A stretch of DNA of 24,955 bases from Thermoplasmata archaeon (GCA_034667685.1 JAXDQU010000010.1:1-24955); one strand, 5' to 3'; counted from the first letter of the stretch, positions 9,246 through 18,527 are shown. The notes: generated by a model not told the origin, from the sequence alone. Translations and numbers: made by a program.

Positions 9246-9252
9246 GCTCACC

Positions 9253-10566
9253 TCAGCCCAGCGCGCGGAGCAGCGCCGCCGCGTCGGGCTCCTTCTCGCC
9301 CCCGGGCGTCGTCTGCGCGGTGGCGAGGATCTTCGCCTGGAGCTGGTCCGCGGTGAGCGAGGGCGCGTGGTCCCAGCCCAGGAGCGCGACGCCCGCGACG
9401 AGCGCCGTGGCCTGGCTCGTGCCGGTGCCCAGCGCGTAGTCGTGGCCGAGGTACGGGCCCGCGATCAGCTCGCCGGGCGCCACGACGTCGGCCCACGAGC
9501 CCTGGCGCGAGAAGCCGGCGTGCTGCCGGGCCATGTCGATCGCCGCGACGCCCATCACGCCCGGGTAGGCGGCGGGGTACGCGGGGCAGCCGCACTTGCC
9601 GACGTTGCCGGCGCTGGCGATCAGGAGCGCGCCCTTGGCCTGCGCGTACTGGACGGCGCGCGCCACGGCCTGGCTCGACTGGTCGCCGCTCAAGCTCATG
9701 CTGATGACGTTGGCGCCGTGGTCCGCGCACCACTGGATGCCGCGCGCGAGGTTGCCCTCGCCGCCGACGCCCTTGCCATCAAGCACCTTGACGGCCATGA
9801 TCTTCGCGTTGGCGACGCCCGCGGTGCCCAGGCCGTTGCCCACGGCCGCGGCCGCGATGCCCGCGACGTTCGTGCCGTGGCCCGCGTCGTCCATCGGGTC
9901 CGCGTTGTTGCCCACGAAGCTCCAGCCGTGCGTGCCGTCCGCCGCGGTCCACATCTGGGGCGCGAGGTCCGGGTGCGTGTAGTCGACGCCCGAGTCCACG
10001 ACGCAGAGCGTGCGCGTCATGTGGCCCACGTCGATCGCCCACGCGTCGGGGACGTTCAGGTCGGCGAGGCCCCACTGATATCGAAGCAGCGGGTCGGCGA
10101 CGAGCGCGCTGCCGTCCCACCGGGAGCTGTCCCAGCGGCTCGAATCCCAGCGCGACGAGTCCCACCGGCTGGAGTCCCAGCGCGACGAGTCGAGCGTCAG
10201 CGCGTCCCAGCGCGAGGAGTCCCAGCGGGACGAGTCCCACCGGCTCGAATCCCAGCGCGAGGAGTCGGCGCCCACGGCCTGCGCGTGGACGGCGCCGTCG
10301 CGCTCCGCGAACTGCACCGCGGGATCGGCGGCCAGGCTCGCCAGCGCGGCGTCCGCGTCGGGCGCGCGCACGATGGCGAGGCCCAGCGCGGGATCCAGCG
10401 CGAGCACGTCGCCCGCGGCGGAGACGGAGGCCGGCGCGGGGGCGCCCGGCTCGTAGCCCACGAGGAGCACGCCGGGGTCGTGCGCGCCCGCCGCCGGCGC
10501 CAACCCGCCCGCGAGGAGCAGGAGGGCGGCGAGCGTCAGCGCGCGCATCGAGATGGGGGCGTTCAT
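9253..10566 (-). CDS. Secreted subtilisin/thermitase-like S8 serine peptidase with (DSSRW)9 repeat between prodomain and catalytic domain
   Basis: Signal peptide MRALTLAALLLLAGGLAPAAGA; triad motifs VVDSG, GHGTNVAG, GTSQA; oxyanion ASAGN; start ATG 10566 or 10548. Confidence 0.93.
   Translation of the reverse strand: MNAPISMRALTLAALLLLAGGLAPAAGAHDPGVLLVGYEPGAPAPASVSAAGDVLALDPALGLAIVRAPDADAALASLAADPAVQFAERDGAVHAQAVGADSSRWDSSRWDSSRWDSSRWDALTLDSSRWDSSRWDSSRWDSSRWDSSRWDGSALVADPLLRYQWGLADLNVPDAWAIDVGHMTRTLCVVDSGVDYTHPDLAPQMWTAADGTHGWSFVGNNADPMDDAGHGTNVAGIAAAAVGNGLGTAGVANAKIMAVKVLDGKGVGGEGNLARGIQWCADHGANVISMSLSGDQSSQAVARAVQYAQAKGALLIASAGNVGKCGCPAYPAAYPGVMGVAAIDMARQHAGFSRQGSWADVVAPGELIAGPYLGHDYALGTGTSQATALVAGVALLGWDHAPSLTADQLQAKILATAQTTPGGEKEPDAAALLRALG
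10117..10266 (-). repeat. Coding tandem 15-nt repeat: (DSSRW)4-DALTL-(DSSRW)5
   Basis: Read directly; amino acids are invariant while Ser, Arg and Asp codons vary synonymously. Confidence 0.97.
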
Positions 10567-10653
10567 GCGAGAGACTCCAAGAGCCTGCCAGGCAGGCCCA
10601 CAGCCAACCTCGTCTTCTCTCGCCACCCCTACTTAGGGTGTTTCCAGGTCGGT

Positions 10654-12798
10654 TCAAGAGGGGGGCTCAACGTTGCGCGCCATCCGGGCATAGACGTAGC
10701 CCACGCCCAGCAGGATCGCGCCCAAGAGCGCGAAGATGCCCGCGCGGACGGCGAGGTCCGTCTCGCTGAGGTCCACGGCGAAGACGCGCAGGATGACGAA
10801 GCCGAGCACGCCGAAGCCCGTGTAGCGGTACGTGGCCTGCGCGCGCATGGCGAAGCCGGCCGCGAGGTACGCGACGCCCAGCGCGCCCAGGGCGACGCTG
10901 ATCCACGCGCCCTGGAGGTAGGCGAACGCGAAGCTCGCGAGCACGGCCGCGCTGCCGCCCACGAGCGCGATGGCCGAGAGCCGGGCCGTGTCGCGCGAGA
11001 GGCCGCGCGAGCCCCCGTGGTGGACGGCCAGGAGCGCGGCGACGGCGAGCGCCGATTCGATCGCGGCGGCCCACGGGGGCATCGCGGGCGAGACGACGTG
11101 CGCGTCGAACGTGGCGGCCTTGGCGGCCGCGAGGATCGCCACGAGCATCGCCGCGCCGCTCGCCTCCACCGAGACGTCCAGCGACCGCGCCGCCGCGATG
11201 CCCGCGAAGACGCCCGCGAGCGCGAGCAGGAAGAGCGTCGCGAGGAAGGGCGAGGCGAAGAGCGCGAAGGCCCAGACGAGGGCGAAGAGCGCGGTCACCG
11301 TGAAGGCGACGACGCGCTGCGAGGTCCCCGGCGCGCGGGCCATGAGGAAGACCAGGACGGGCGCCAGGAGCGCGAGCGTGACCCACGCCTGCCAGCCGCC
11401 CAGGAGCGCGTCGTCGCCGCCCAGGAGCGCGGCCGGGCGGAGGCGGTCGTCGAGGAAGACGGCGTGCAGGAGCGCGGCCACCGCGAGGGCGGCCGACGCG
11501 ACCCACGCGCCCCGCGAGCGCGACGCGAGGGCGATCGCCAGCGCGGCGAGCGCGTACGTGCAGGTGGTGAGCAGGTCGGGCTCCGGCGCCCCGCTCCAGG
11601 CCAGCGGCACGCCCACGACGAAGAGCGCCATCGCGCACGTGGCGAAGACCGTGGCGCCGGGGCCCGGCGCGAAGCGGCGCGCGGCGAAGACGAGCCCGAG
11701 CGACACCGCGCACCACGCCAGGAGCGCGAGGCCGACCGGCGCCTGCTCGCGGGGGAGCGGCGCGAGCGAGACGGCCAGCGCCCACGCGAGGCTGACGGCG
11801 CCCACGAGCGGCGGCAGGATCGGATCGTCCCCCGGCGCGGGGCGCAGCGCGACGAGGAGGAACGCGGCCGCGGGGACGATCGACGCGACGGCGACGGCGA
11901 GCGCGGGGGCGCCATCCGGCGGCGGGAACCACGCGAGCCCCACGAGGAAGCCGCCCGTGACGAGCGTGCCCAACCCTGCCTCGGGCGTCCAGCGCTTCCA
12001 CGCGACGACGAGGGCGAGGCTCGCGCCCAGGAGCGCGACGTAGGCGAGCGTCACGGCGGGCAGCACGCCCCAGCCCAGGCCCGCGGTGGTGAAGGCGAGC
12101 ACGTAGCCCAGCCCGACGAGGACGCGCGCGTCGCGCCAGAGCGCCACGCCCACCGTGCCCAGCGCGACGAGCGCCATGAGCGCGCCGCTGCCCAGGTCCG
12201 AGAGCCCGGTCACGTCGGCATAGTAGGGAAGCGCGTGCGCGACGAACGCCTCGACGTAGAGGATGCACGCGCCGGTGGCGGCGAGGATCTGCGGGTAGGC
12301 GCCGTAGCGCCCCGCGCGGGCGAGCCACGCGGCCAGGCCGATCAGCGCGAGCGCCACGAGCGCCGCGAGGGCGAGCTGCGCGGGCGGGCCGATCCAGCCG
12401 CGCTCCACGCCCAGCCCCAGGAAGAAGAGCGCCGCGAGGAAGACCAGGACGGCGCCCACCCGCGGCGCGAGGCGCTGGCCCAGGGCGGTCTCCAGGCTCG
12501 GGCGCGGCTTGGGGTCCCACGACGCGGGCTCGTCCTCCACGGCCTCGAACGCGACGGGCTCCTGCGCGGGCAAGGGCCGGGACATGGGCGGCGGCGCGGG
12601 CGCCGGGGCGGGCGGGCGCACGCCGGGGCGGGGGGCGCCGCAGGCTCCGCAGAAGCGGTCCGCCGGGGCCATCCGCATGCCGCAGCTCATGCACGCGACC
12701 GCGGGGCCGCGGGCCGGGGCGAGCCGCGCCTCCAGCTCGCGCACGCGCGCCCGCAGCGCCTCGAACTCGTCCCGTCGGACCGGGGGCTCCTCGCTCAT
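10654..12798 (-). CDS. Large polytopic membrane protein (DUF2339-like) with N-terminal coiled coil and zinc ribbon
   Basis: Start MSEEPP at 12798 with TTTATC about 27 nt upstream; CMSC...FCGACG; LETALGQRLAPRVG, GWIGPP, C-terminal ILRVFAVDL...R...F.LLGAILL. Confidence 0.8.
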   Translation of the reverse strand: MSEEPPVRRDEFEALRARVRELEARLAPARGPAVACMSCGMRMAPADRFCGACGAPRPGVRPPAPAPAPPPMSRPLPAQEPVAFEAVEDEPASWDPKPRPSLETALGQRLAPRVGAVLVFLAALFFLGLGVERGWIGPPAQLALAALVALALIGLAAWLARAGRYGAYPQILAATGACILYVEAFVAHALPYYADVTGLSDLGSGALMALVALGTVGVALWRDARVLVGLGYVLAFTTAGLGWGVLPAVTLAYVALLGASLALVVAWKRWTPEAGLGTLVTGGFLVGLAWFPPPDGAPALAVAVASIVPAAAFLLVALRPAPGDDPILPPLVGAVSLAWALAVSLAPLPREQAPVGLALLAWCAVSLGLVFAARRFAPGPGATVFATCAMALFVVGVPLAWSGAPEPDLLTTCTYALAALAIALASRSRGAWVASAALAVAALLHAVFLDDRLRPAALLGGDDALLGGWQAWVTLALLAPVLVFLMARAPGTSQRVVAFTVTALFALVWAFALFASPFLATLFLLALAGVFAGIAAARSLDVSVEASGAAMLVAILAAAKAATFDAHVVSPAMPPWAAAIESALAVAALLAVHHGGSRGLSRDTARLSAIALVGGSAAVLASFAFAYLQGAWISVALGALGVAYLAAGFAMRAQATYRYTGFGVLGFVILRVFAVDLSETDLAVRAGIFALLGAILLGVGYVYARMARNVEPPS

Positions 12799-12981
12799 CG
12801 GCGGCGCAGGCCCGCGTCGCCGGATAAACCGAGGGACCGTTCCGCCGAGACGAAACGTGGCGTTTTCGGCGCTTGCCGTTCCCTGGCGCGGCGGAGCGGA
12901 AACGGTTATGAAAGGGTAGGGGCTCCCCGCCTCGTCGCTCGTCAGTTTCCTGACGGGTCCGGTTCCATCAGGTGACCTCTG

Positions 12982-14166
12982 ATGTCGCACGCTCGCGCCC
13001 AACTGAACAACTACATCACGGCCTCGCAGGGCCGCGGCCCCTCCAACAAGAACATCTCCGTCGCGGAGCTGGACGCCCTCCTCGCGAAGGTCAAGCCCCA
13101 CCTCGTGAAGGACAACACGTACGAGTGGGACGCGAACATCAACGGCATCATCGTCCGCCTCACCACCAACTCGCTGCACCAGTACGAGTTCTGGGCGCAG
13201 AACTGGTGGCCCGGCCCGAACAACGACAGCGTCCTGCCCCACGGCAAGATCCTCAGCGTCTTCGGCGTGCCCGGCGAGGAGCCCTACGCCTACTACTGCC
13301 CCGACCGCCACACGGCCGTCTTCGTGAACACCGAGTACTACGGCCAGTGCAAGAGCTGGGCGCTGGGCCTCGCGTGCCACATCCTGGAGCAGAAGTACAA
13401 CACGCACTCCATCCACGGCGCGTGCGCCGAGATCGACGGCAAGGGCGTCGTCATCATCGCGCCCACCGGCACCGGCAAGACCACGCAGGTCAACAAGCTG
13501 TTCAAGCACCCGCGCGGCCGCGTCGTGGGCGACGACTGGATCTACATCAAGCACCCCGATAACGTGGACCAGCTCAAGGAGCCGATCCTCGAGGTCACGC
13601 AGCCCGAGAAGTCGCTCTACGTGCGCACGGAGAACGCCAAGGAGGAGCAGTGGCTCCGCCCGATCTTCGACCGCTGCATGCTGGAGAACGTCGTCACCGA
13701 CGCGAAGAACTGCGAGCACCCGCCCGGCGAGAAGTGCGCCATCAAGGACGAGGGCGACTCGAAGTGCTACTGGGGCTTCGGCAACAGCCGCGCCATGATC
13801 CCGCGCGAGTGGATGGCCGGCAAGGAAAAGGTCGGCGACAAGGCGAACCTCCGGCTGATCGTCCTCCTGCGCCGCGACAAGGAGTCGCCCGCCGAGGTCT
13901 CGGTCAACGCCGACGAGGCGATCAAGATCCTCAAGGAGGGCAAGACGCTCATCCGCCCCGGCGCGGGTCCCCGCGAGAAGTGGGGCACCTACGGCTACGA
14001 GCCCTGGTACAACCCGTACCTGCTCTACGCCGACCACGCCCGCCAGGAGAAGTTCTTCCGCGACGAGATGCGCGCGGCCCGCGTCGTCATCATCAACACG
14101 GGCGCGCCCGGCGAGTCCATCGAGCGGACTTACCAGCGCATCCTCGCGAATCTGGAGAAGGCGTAA
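12982..14166 (+). CDS. Compact PEP carboxykinase (ATP)-like / HPr-kinase-superfamily P-loop protein
   Basis: GRGPSNK, YYGQCK, IHGAC, P-loop APTGTGKTT, GDDW, LENVV, NSRA and INTG appear in PckA order; SD AGGTGA; strongly C/G-ending codons. Confidence 0.7.
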   Translation: MSHARAQLNNYITASQGRGPSNKNISVAELDALLAKVKPHLVKDNTYEWDANINGIIVRLTTNSLHQYEFWAQNWWPGPNNDSVLPHGKILSVFGVPGEEPYAYYCPDRHTAVFVNTEYYGQCKSWALGLACHILEQKYNTHSIHGACAEIDGKGVVIIAPTGTGKTTQVNKLFKHPRGRVVGDDWIYIKHPDNVDQLKEPILEVTQPEKSLYVRTENAKEEQWLRPIFDRCMLENVVTDAKNCEHPPGEKCAIKDEGDSKCYWGFGNSRAMIPREWMAGKEKVGDKANLRLIVLLRRDKESPAEVSVNADEAIKILKEGKTLIRPGAGPREKWGTYGYEPWYNPYLLYADHARQEKFFRDEMRAARVVIINTGAPGESIERTYQRILANLEKA

Positions 14167-14227
14167 GCCTCCTGGCAACGCCACGCACCATCAGCCCAAG
14201 AGCGGGCGGGGGGCTCGCCCCCCTGCC

Positions 14228-14467
14228 ATGATCCGAACCACGCTCCTTTCGCTCGCGCTCGTCGGCGCGGCGCTCGGCTTCGTCGCCGGCGCCGCGCAGG
14301 CGACGCCCCCGGTCTGTGGCGACCCGAACGTCGTCCAGGGCGTCCAGGACTGCCCGGCCTACGCCCTCGGCCTCGCCCACGACGAGCTCCACCTCGTCGG
14401 CCACATCCTCTGCCTCGCGACCACCTTCGAGCCGCCGATCATCCAGCCCATCGGCTGCGACCTCTGA
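14228..14467 (+). CDS. Small secreted 4-Cys peptide 1
   Basis: Sec signal ending AQA|TPPVCG; 4 Cys in the 54-aa mature part. Confidence 0.85.
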   Translation: MIRTTLLSLALVGAALGFVAGAAQATPPVCGDPNVVQGVQDCPAYALGLAHDELHLVGHILCLATTFEPPIIQPIGCDL

Positions 14468-14476
14468 GGGACCGCC

Positions 14477-14716
14477 ATGCTCCGCATCTCTCTCCTTGGC
14501 CTCGCGCTCGTGGCGCCGCTCGTCCTCGTCGCGCTCCCCGCGCAGGCCACCCCGTCGCTCTGCGGCGGCAACAACGCCGTCGACGACGCGAAGGACTGCG
14601 CGCAGCCCGTGATCGACGCGCTCCGCCCGATCGTCGACTGCATCCATCCGACCATCAAGCAGGTGGGCGACGAGATCCAGATCCGGCTCTACAACTGCGA
14701 AGACGGCCCCCTCTGA
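14477..14716 (+). CDS. Small secreted 4-Cys peptide 2
   Basis: SD-like GAGGG; signal ending AQA|TPSLCG; 4 Cys. Confidence 0.85.
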   Translation: MLRISLLGLALVAPLVLVALPAQATPSLCGGNNAVDDAKDCAQPVIDALRPIVDCIHPTIKQVGDEIQIRLYNCEDGPL

Positions 14717-14726
14717 GGAACTGACC

Positions 14727-14927
14727 ATGAAGACCACCATCGTCCTGATCGCCCTGCTCGCGACCGCCGCCATCGCGGCGATCGTGCCCGCCGCCGACGC
14801 CTCGCCGCCCACGTGCGGCCCGTCGCCCTACCCCGACCACGCGCTGATCTCGTACGCGTACTGCGGCGTCCAATGCTACGAGACCGACCTGGAGACCCAA
14901 AGTATGGAATGCCAGGTGGGGGCCTAG
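14727..14927 (+). CDS. Small secreted 4-Cys peptide 3
   Basis: SD-like GAGGA; signal ending ADA|SPPTCG; 4 Cys. Confidence 0.85.
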   Translation: MKTTIVLIALLATAAIAAIVPAADASPPTCGPSPYPDHALISYAYCGVQCYETDLETQSMECQVGA

Positions 14928-14929
14928 GC

Positions 14930-15133
14930 ATGCGCGTGGCTCCGATCGTCCTCGCGATGGGCCTCGTGGCCCTGGCCATGATGGCGCTGCCGGCCGCGAG
15001 CGCGTCGCCCCCCTGCGGGCCCCTCGACGCCCACTCGCTGGTGGGCTGCGTGCGCGACGCGGCGTACTGCGCGACTCCCTCCGAGATCTACGAGGACGGC
15101 AACGGCAACATCGTGATCGTGTACCCGTGCTGA
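14930..15133 (+). CDS. Small secreted 4-Cys peptide 4
   Basis: ATG 14930, 2 nt after the previous stop; signal ending ASA|SPPCG; 4 Cys. Confidence 0.85.
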   Translation: MRVAPIVLAMGLVALAMMALPAASASPPCGPLDAHSLVGCVRDAAYCATPSEIYEDGNGNIVIVYPC

Positions 15134-15136
15134 GCG

Positions 15137-16456
<1,320 letters not shown>

Positions 16457-16460
16457 GCTA

Positions 16461-18014
16461 TCACTCGAGATGCTCGTAGGCGGGGAGAGTCAGGAACTCG
16501 GGGAAATCGTCGGCCAGGGCCACGCGCTCGAAGAGGGTGCGCGCCTCCGCCAGGCGGGGAAGCCCTTCGCGCTGGAGCTTGGCGACCTCCTCGTCGACGA
16601 CGCGGCGGACGTGCTCGGCGCTGAACTTGCCGTGCTTGACCCACTGCCAGACCTGGCTGCGGCTGATCTCGGCGGTGGCCGCGTCCTCCATGAGGTTGTG
16701 GATCGCGACCGCGCCGTTGCCGCGCAGCCACGCCTCCAGGTAACGGATGCCGACCTCCACGTTGTTGCGCAGCCCCGCCTCCGTGACCTGACCGCCCCCG
16801 ACGGTGAAGTCGAGGAGCTGCTTCGCGCTGACGTGGACCTCGGGGCGCTGGCGGTCGAGCTGGTTGGCCTTCGCGCCGAGCGCCGCGTCGAAGACCTCGG
16901 TCGCCACGGGCACCAGGTCCGGGTGCGCGACCCACGTCCCATCGAAGCCATCGCGGCTCTCGCGCAGCTTGTCCTCGCGCACCTTCGCGAGCGCGGCCTC
17001 CGTGACCGCCGCGTCCCTGCGGTTCGGGATGAACGCCGCCATCCCACCCATGGCGAACGCGCCGCGCCGGTGGCACGTCTTCACGAGAAGCTCGGTGTAG
17101 GCGCGCATGAACGGCGTCGTCATGGTGAGCTGCGCGCGGTCGGGCAGCAGCACCTCGGGCCGGTTGCGGAACTTCTTGATGACGCTGAAGAGGTAGTCCC
17201 ACCGGCCGGCGTTGAGCCCGGCCGCGTGGTCGCGCAGCTCGTGGAGGATCTCGTCCATCTCGAACGCCGCGAGGATCGTCTCGACGAGCACCGTCGCCTT
17301 GAACGAGCCGTGCGGCGCGCCCAGGCGCTGCTCGCTGAAGGTGAAGACATCGTTCCACAGCCGCGCCTCCAGGTGGCTCTCCATCTTGGGCAGGTAGAAC
17401 GCGGCCGTCATGCCCTTCTCGCGGAGGCGCCGCGCGTTGTGGAAGACGTAGAGGCCGAAGTCGAAGAGCGAGCCGCTCATGGGCTGCCCGTCCACGAGCA
17501 CGTGCTTCTCCACGAGGTGCCAGCCGCGCGGGCGGACCAGCAGGACCGCGACCTTCGGGTTCAGGTGATAGCTTTTCTCCGCGGTGTCGACGCGGATGGC
17601 GCCGTCGATCGCGTCGACGAGGTTCGCCTGGCCCACGACGAGGTTCTCCCACGTGGGCGCGTTGGCGTCCTCGAAGTCGGCCATGAACGTCCGCGCGCCG
17701 GAGTTGAGGGCGTTGATGACCATCTTGCGCTCGGTGGGCCCCGTGATCTCGACGCGGCGGTCCTGCAGGTCGGGCGGAATGGGCGCCACGCGCCACTCCG
17801 ACTCGCGCACGTGCCGCGTCTCGGCCAGGAAGTCGGGCCACTCGCCCGCGTCGAGCCTGCGCTGGCGCTCCACGCGCGCCGCGAGCAGCTTCTCCCGGGT
17901 GGGGCCGAAGCGCGCATGCAGCTCGCCCAGGAAGGCAAGCGCGTCGGGGGTCAGGATGCGGGAATCGGCGGGGGTCGGAGGTGCGCGGACCTCGACGCGC
18001 GGAGCGGGCGCCAT
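16461..18014 (-). CDS. aceB: Malate synthase A
   Basis: [70 protein letters not shown]; start ATG 18014. Confidence 0.97.
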   Translation of the reverse strand: MAPAPRVEVRAPPTPADSRILTPDALAFLGELHARFGPTREKLLAARVERQRRLDAGEWPDFLAETRHVRESEWRVAPIPPDLQDRRVEITGPTERKMVINALNSGARTFMADFEDANAPTWENLVVGQANLVDAIDGAIRVDTAEKSYHLNPKVAVLLVRPRGWHLVEKHVLVDGQPMSGSLFDFGLYVFHNARRLREKGMTAAFYLPKMESHLEARLWNDVFTFSEQRLGAPHGSFKATVLVETILAAFEMDEILHELRDHAAGLNAGRWDYLFSVIKKFRNRPEVLLPDRAQLTMTTPFMRAYTELLVKTCHRRGAFAMGGMAAFIPNRRDAAVTEAALAKVREDKLRESRDGFDGTWVAHPDLVPVATEVFDAALGAKANQLDRQRPEVHVSAKQLLDFTVGGGQVTEAGLRNNVEVGIRYLEAWLRGNGAVAIHNLMEDAATAEISRSQVWQWVKHGKFSAEHVRRVVDEEVAKLQREGLPRLAEARTLFERVALADDFPEFLTLPAYEHLE

Positions 18015-18116
18015 CCTAGGCGCCTCCGTCGCTGGGCGCAAGAACGCAGCGGCATCCCATGGCGGGCCCCGGCTGGCCCACCGGTCCGGATAAGGTCAGC
18101 GGCCAGTTCGTCCCAC

Positions 18117-18137
18117 GACGTGACATGGAACATCACA
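18117..18137. promoter_or_regulatory. 21-bp motif copy 1 (GACGTGACAT-GGA-ACATCACA), putative operator or element end
   Basis: Its reverse complement matches 18351-18371 at 18/21 positions. Confidence 0.55.
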
Positions 18138-18178
18138 ATACCCAAATTGCACTGGAAAACAGGGGGTGGGATGACGGA

Positions 18179-18295
18179 TCAGACGAGGGTGACCTGCTGC
18201 TGGCAATCCGGGCAGTTCCGGAGGTGGAGCTTCAGGATGTCAAAGTCGCCCGGGGTGGGCTGGTACTGGATCCCGTAGACGCAGGTGCCGTCCAT
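18179..18295 (-). CDS. 38-aa putative zinc-binding microprotein (C...HxxxCxxC, zf-HC2/ZAS-like)
   Basis: Hand translation MDGTCVYGIQYQPTPGDFDILKLHLRNCPDCQQQVTLV*; nearly all codons end in G/C like neighbouring genes; AT-rich box about 25 nt upstream. Confidence 0.65.
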   Translation of the reverse strand: MDGTCVYGIQYQPTPGDFDILKLHLRNCPDCQQQVTLV

Positions 18296-18350
18296 GCGAC
18301 TCTTTGGCTCGCGAGGCGTATTTGGAGCTTCCCGCCCGGTCCGGGAACCG

Positions 18351-18371
18351 TGTGATGTCGGATGTCACGTC
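18351..18371. promoter_or_regulatory. 21-bp motif copy 2 (inverted relative to copy 1)
   Basis: TGTGATGT-CGG-ATGTCACGTC. Confidence 0.55.
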
Positions 18372-18384
18372 ATTTTGCCGGCTT

Positions 18385-18492
18385 CGCGGCTCCGCATGCG
18401 GAGCCGCGGCGAACGCGGGGATCGCGGGGTCTTGGGTCTCCGCGGCCTCCGCGCCGCCCCGCGCCTCCGCATGCGGAGCCAAAGGAGGCGCG
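18385..18492. repeat. Palindrome-rich REP-like intergenic element
   Basis: Perfect 24-bp palindrome at 18385-18408; 16-bp direct repeat CTCCGCATGCGGAGCC at 18390 and 18465 flanking an imperfect CGCGG-unit hairpin. Confidence 0.7.
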
Positions 18493-18527
18493 AAGCATCA
18501 AGCCGAAGCGGGCCGTAGGCCGCCGCG

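Noticed and set aside
10117-10266. Regular 15-nt repeats as a CRISPR array or non-coding VNTR
   Set aside because: There are no spacers, and variation is purely synonymous within the protease frame.
9067-12975. 1302-aa plus-strand ORF and other long Arg/Ala/Gly-rich ORFs (e.g. 1896-3827, 6749-8983, 16344-18278)
   Set aside because: Shadow frames of well-supported genes in high-GC DNA; no recognisable motifs.
12799-14184. 462-aa N-terminal extension of the minus-strand ORF 10654-14184
   Set aside because: It is antisense to the PEPCK-like gene; the credible start is ATG 12798 with a TATA-like box upstream.
14205-14227. 9-bp GC hairpin immediately before the first peptide ATG
   Set aside because: It could be a terminator or translational control element, but short G/C-run stems are expected by chance at this GC content.
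14228-15133. Peptide array as a RiPP (lanthipeptide, sactipeptide or thiopeptide) cluster
   Set aside because: Leaders are ordinary Sec signals and no LanM, YcaO or radical SAM gene is in the window; the ABC-2 exporter 3 kb away has no demonstrable link.
18059-18355. 98-aa plus-strand ORF in the aceB-ABC intergenic region
   Set aside because: No motif and atypical codon usage; the minus-strand 38-aa ORF fits much better.
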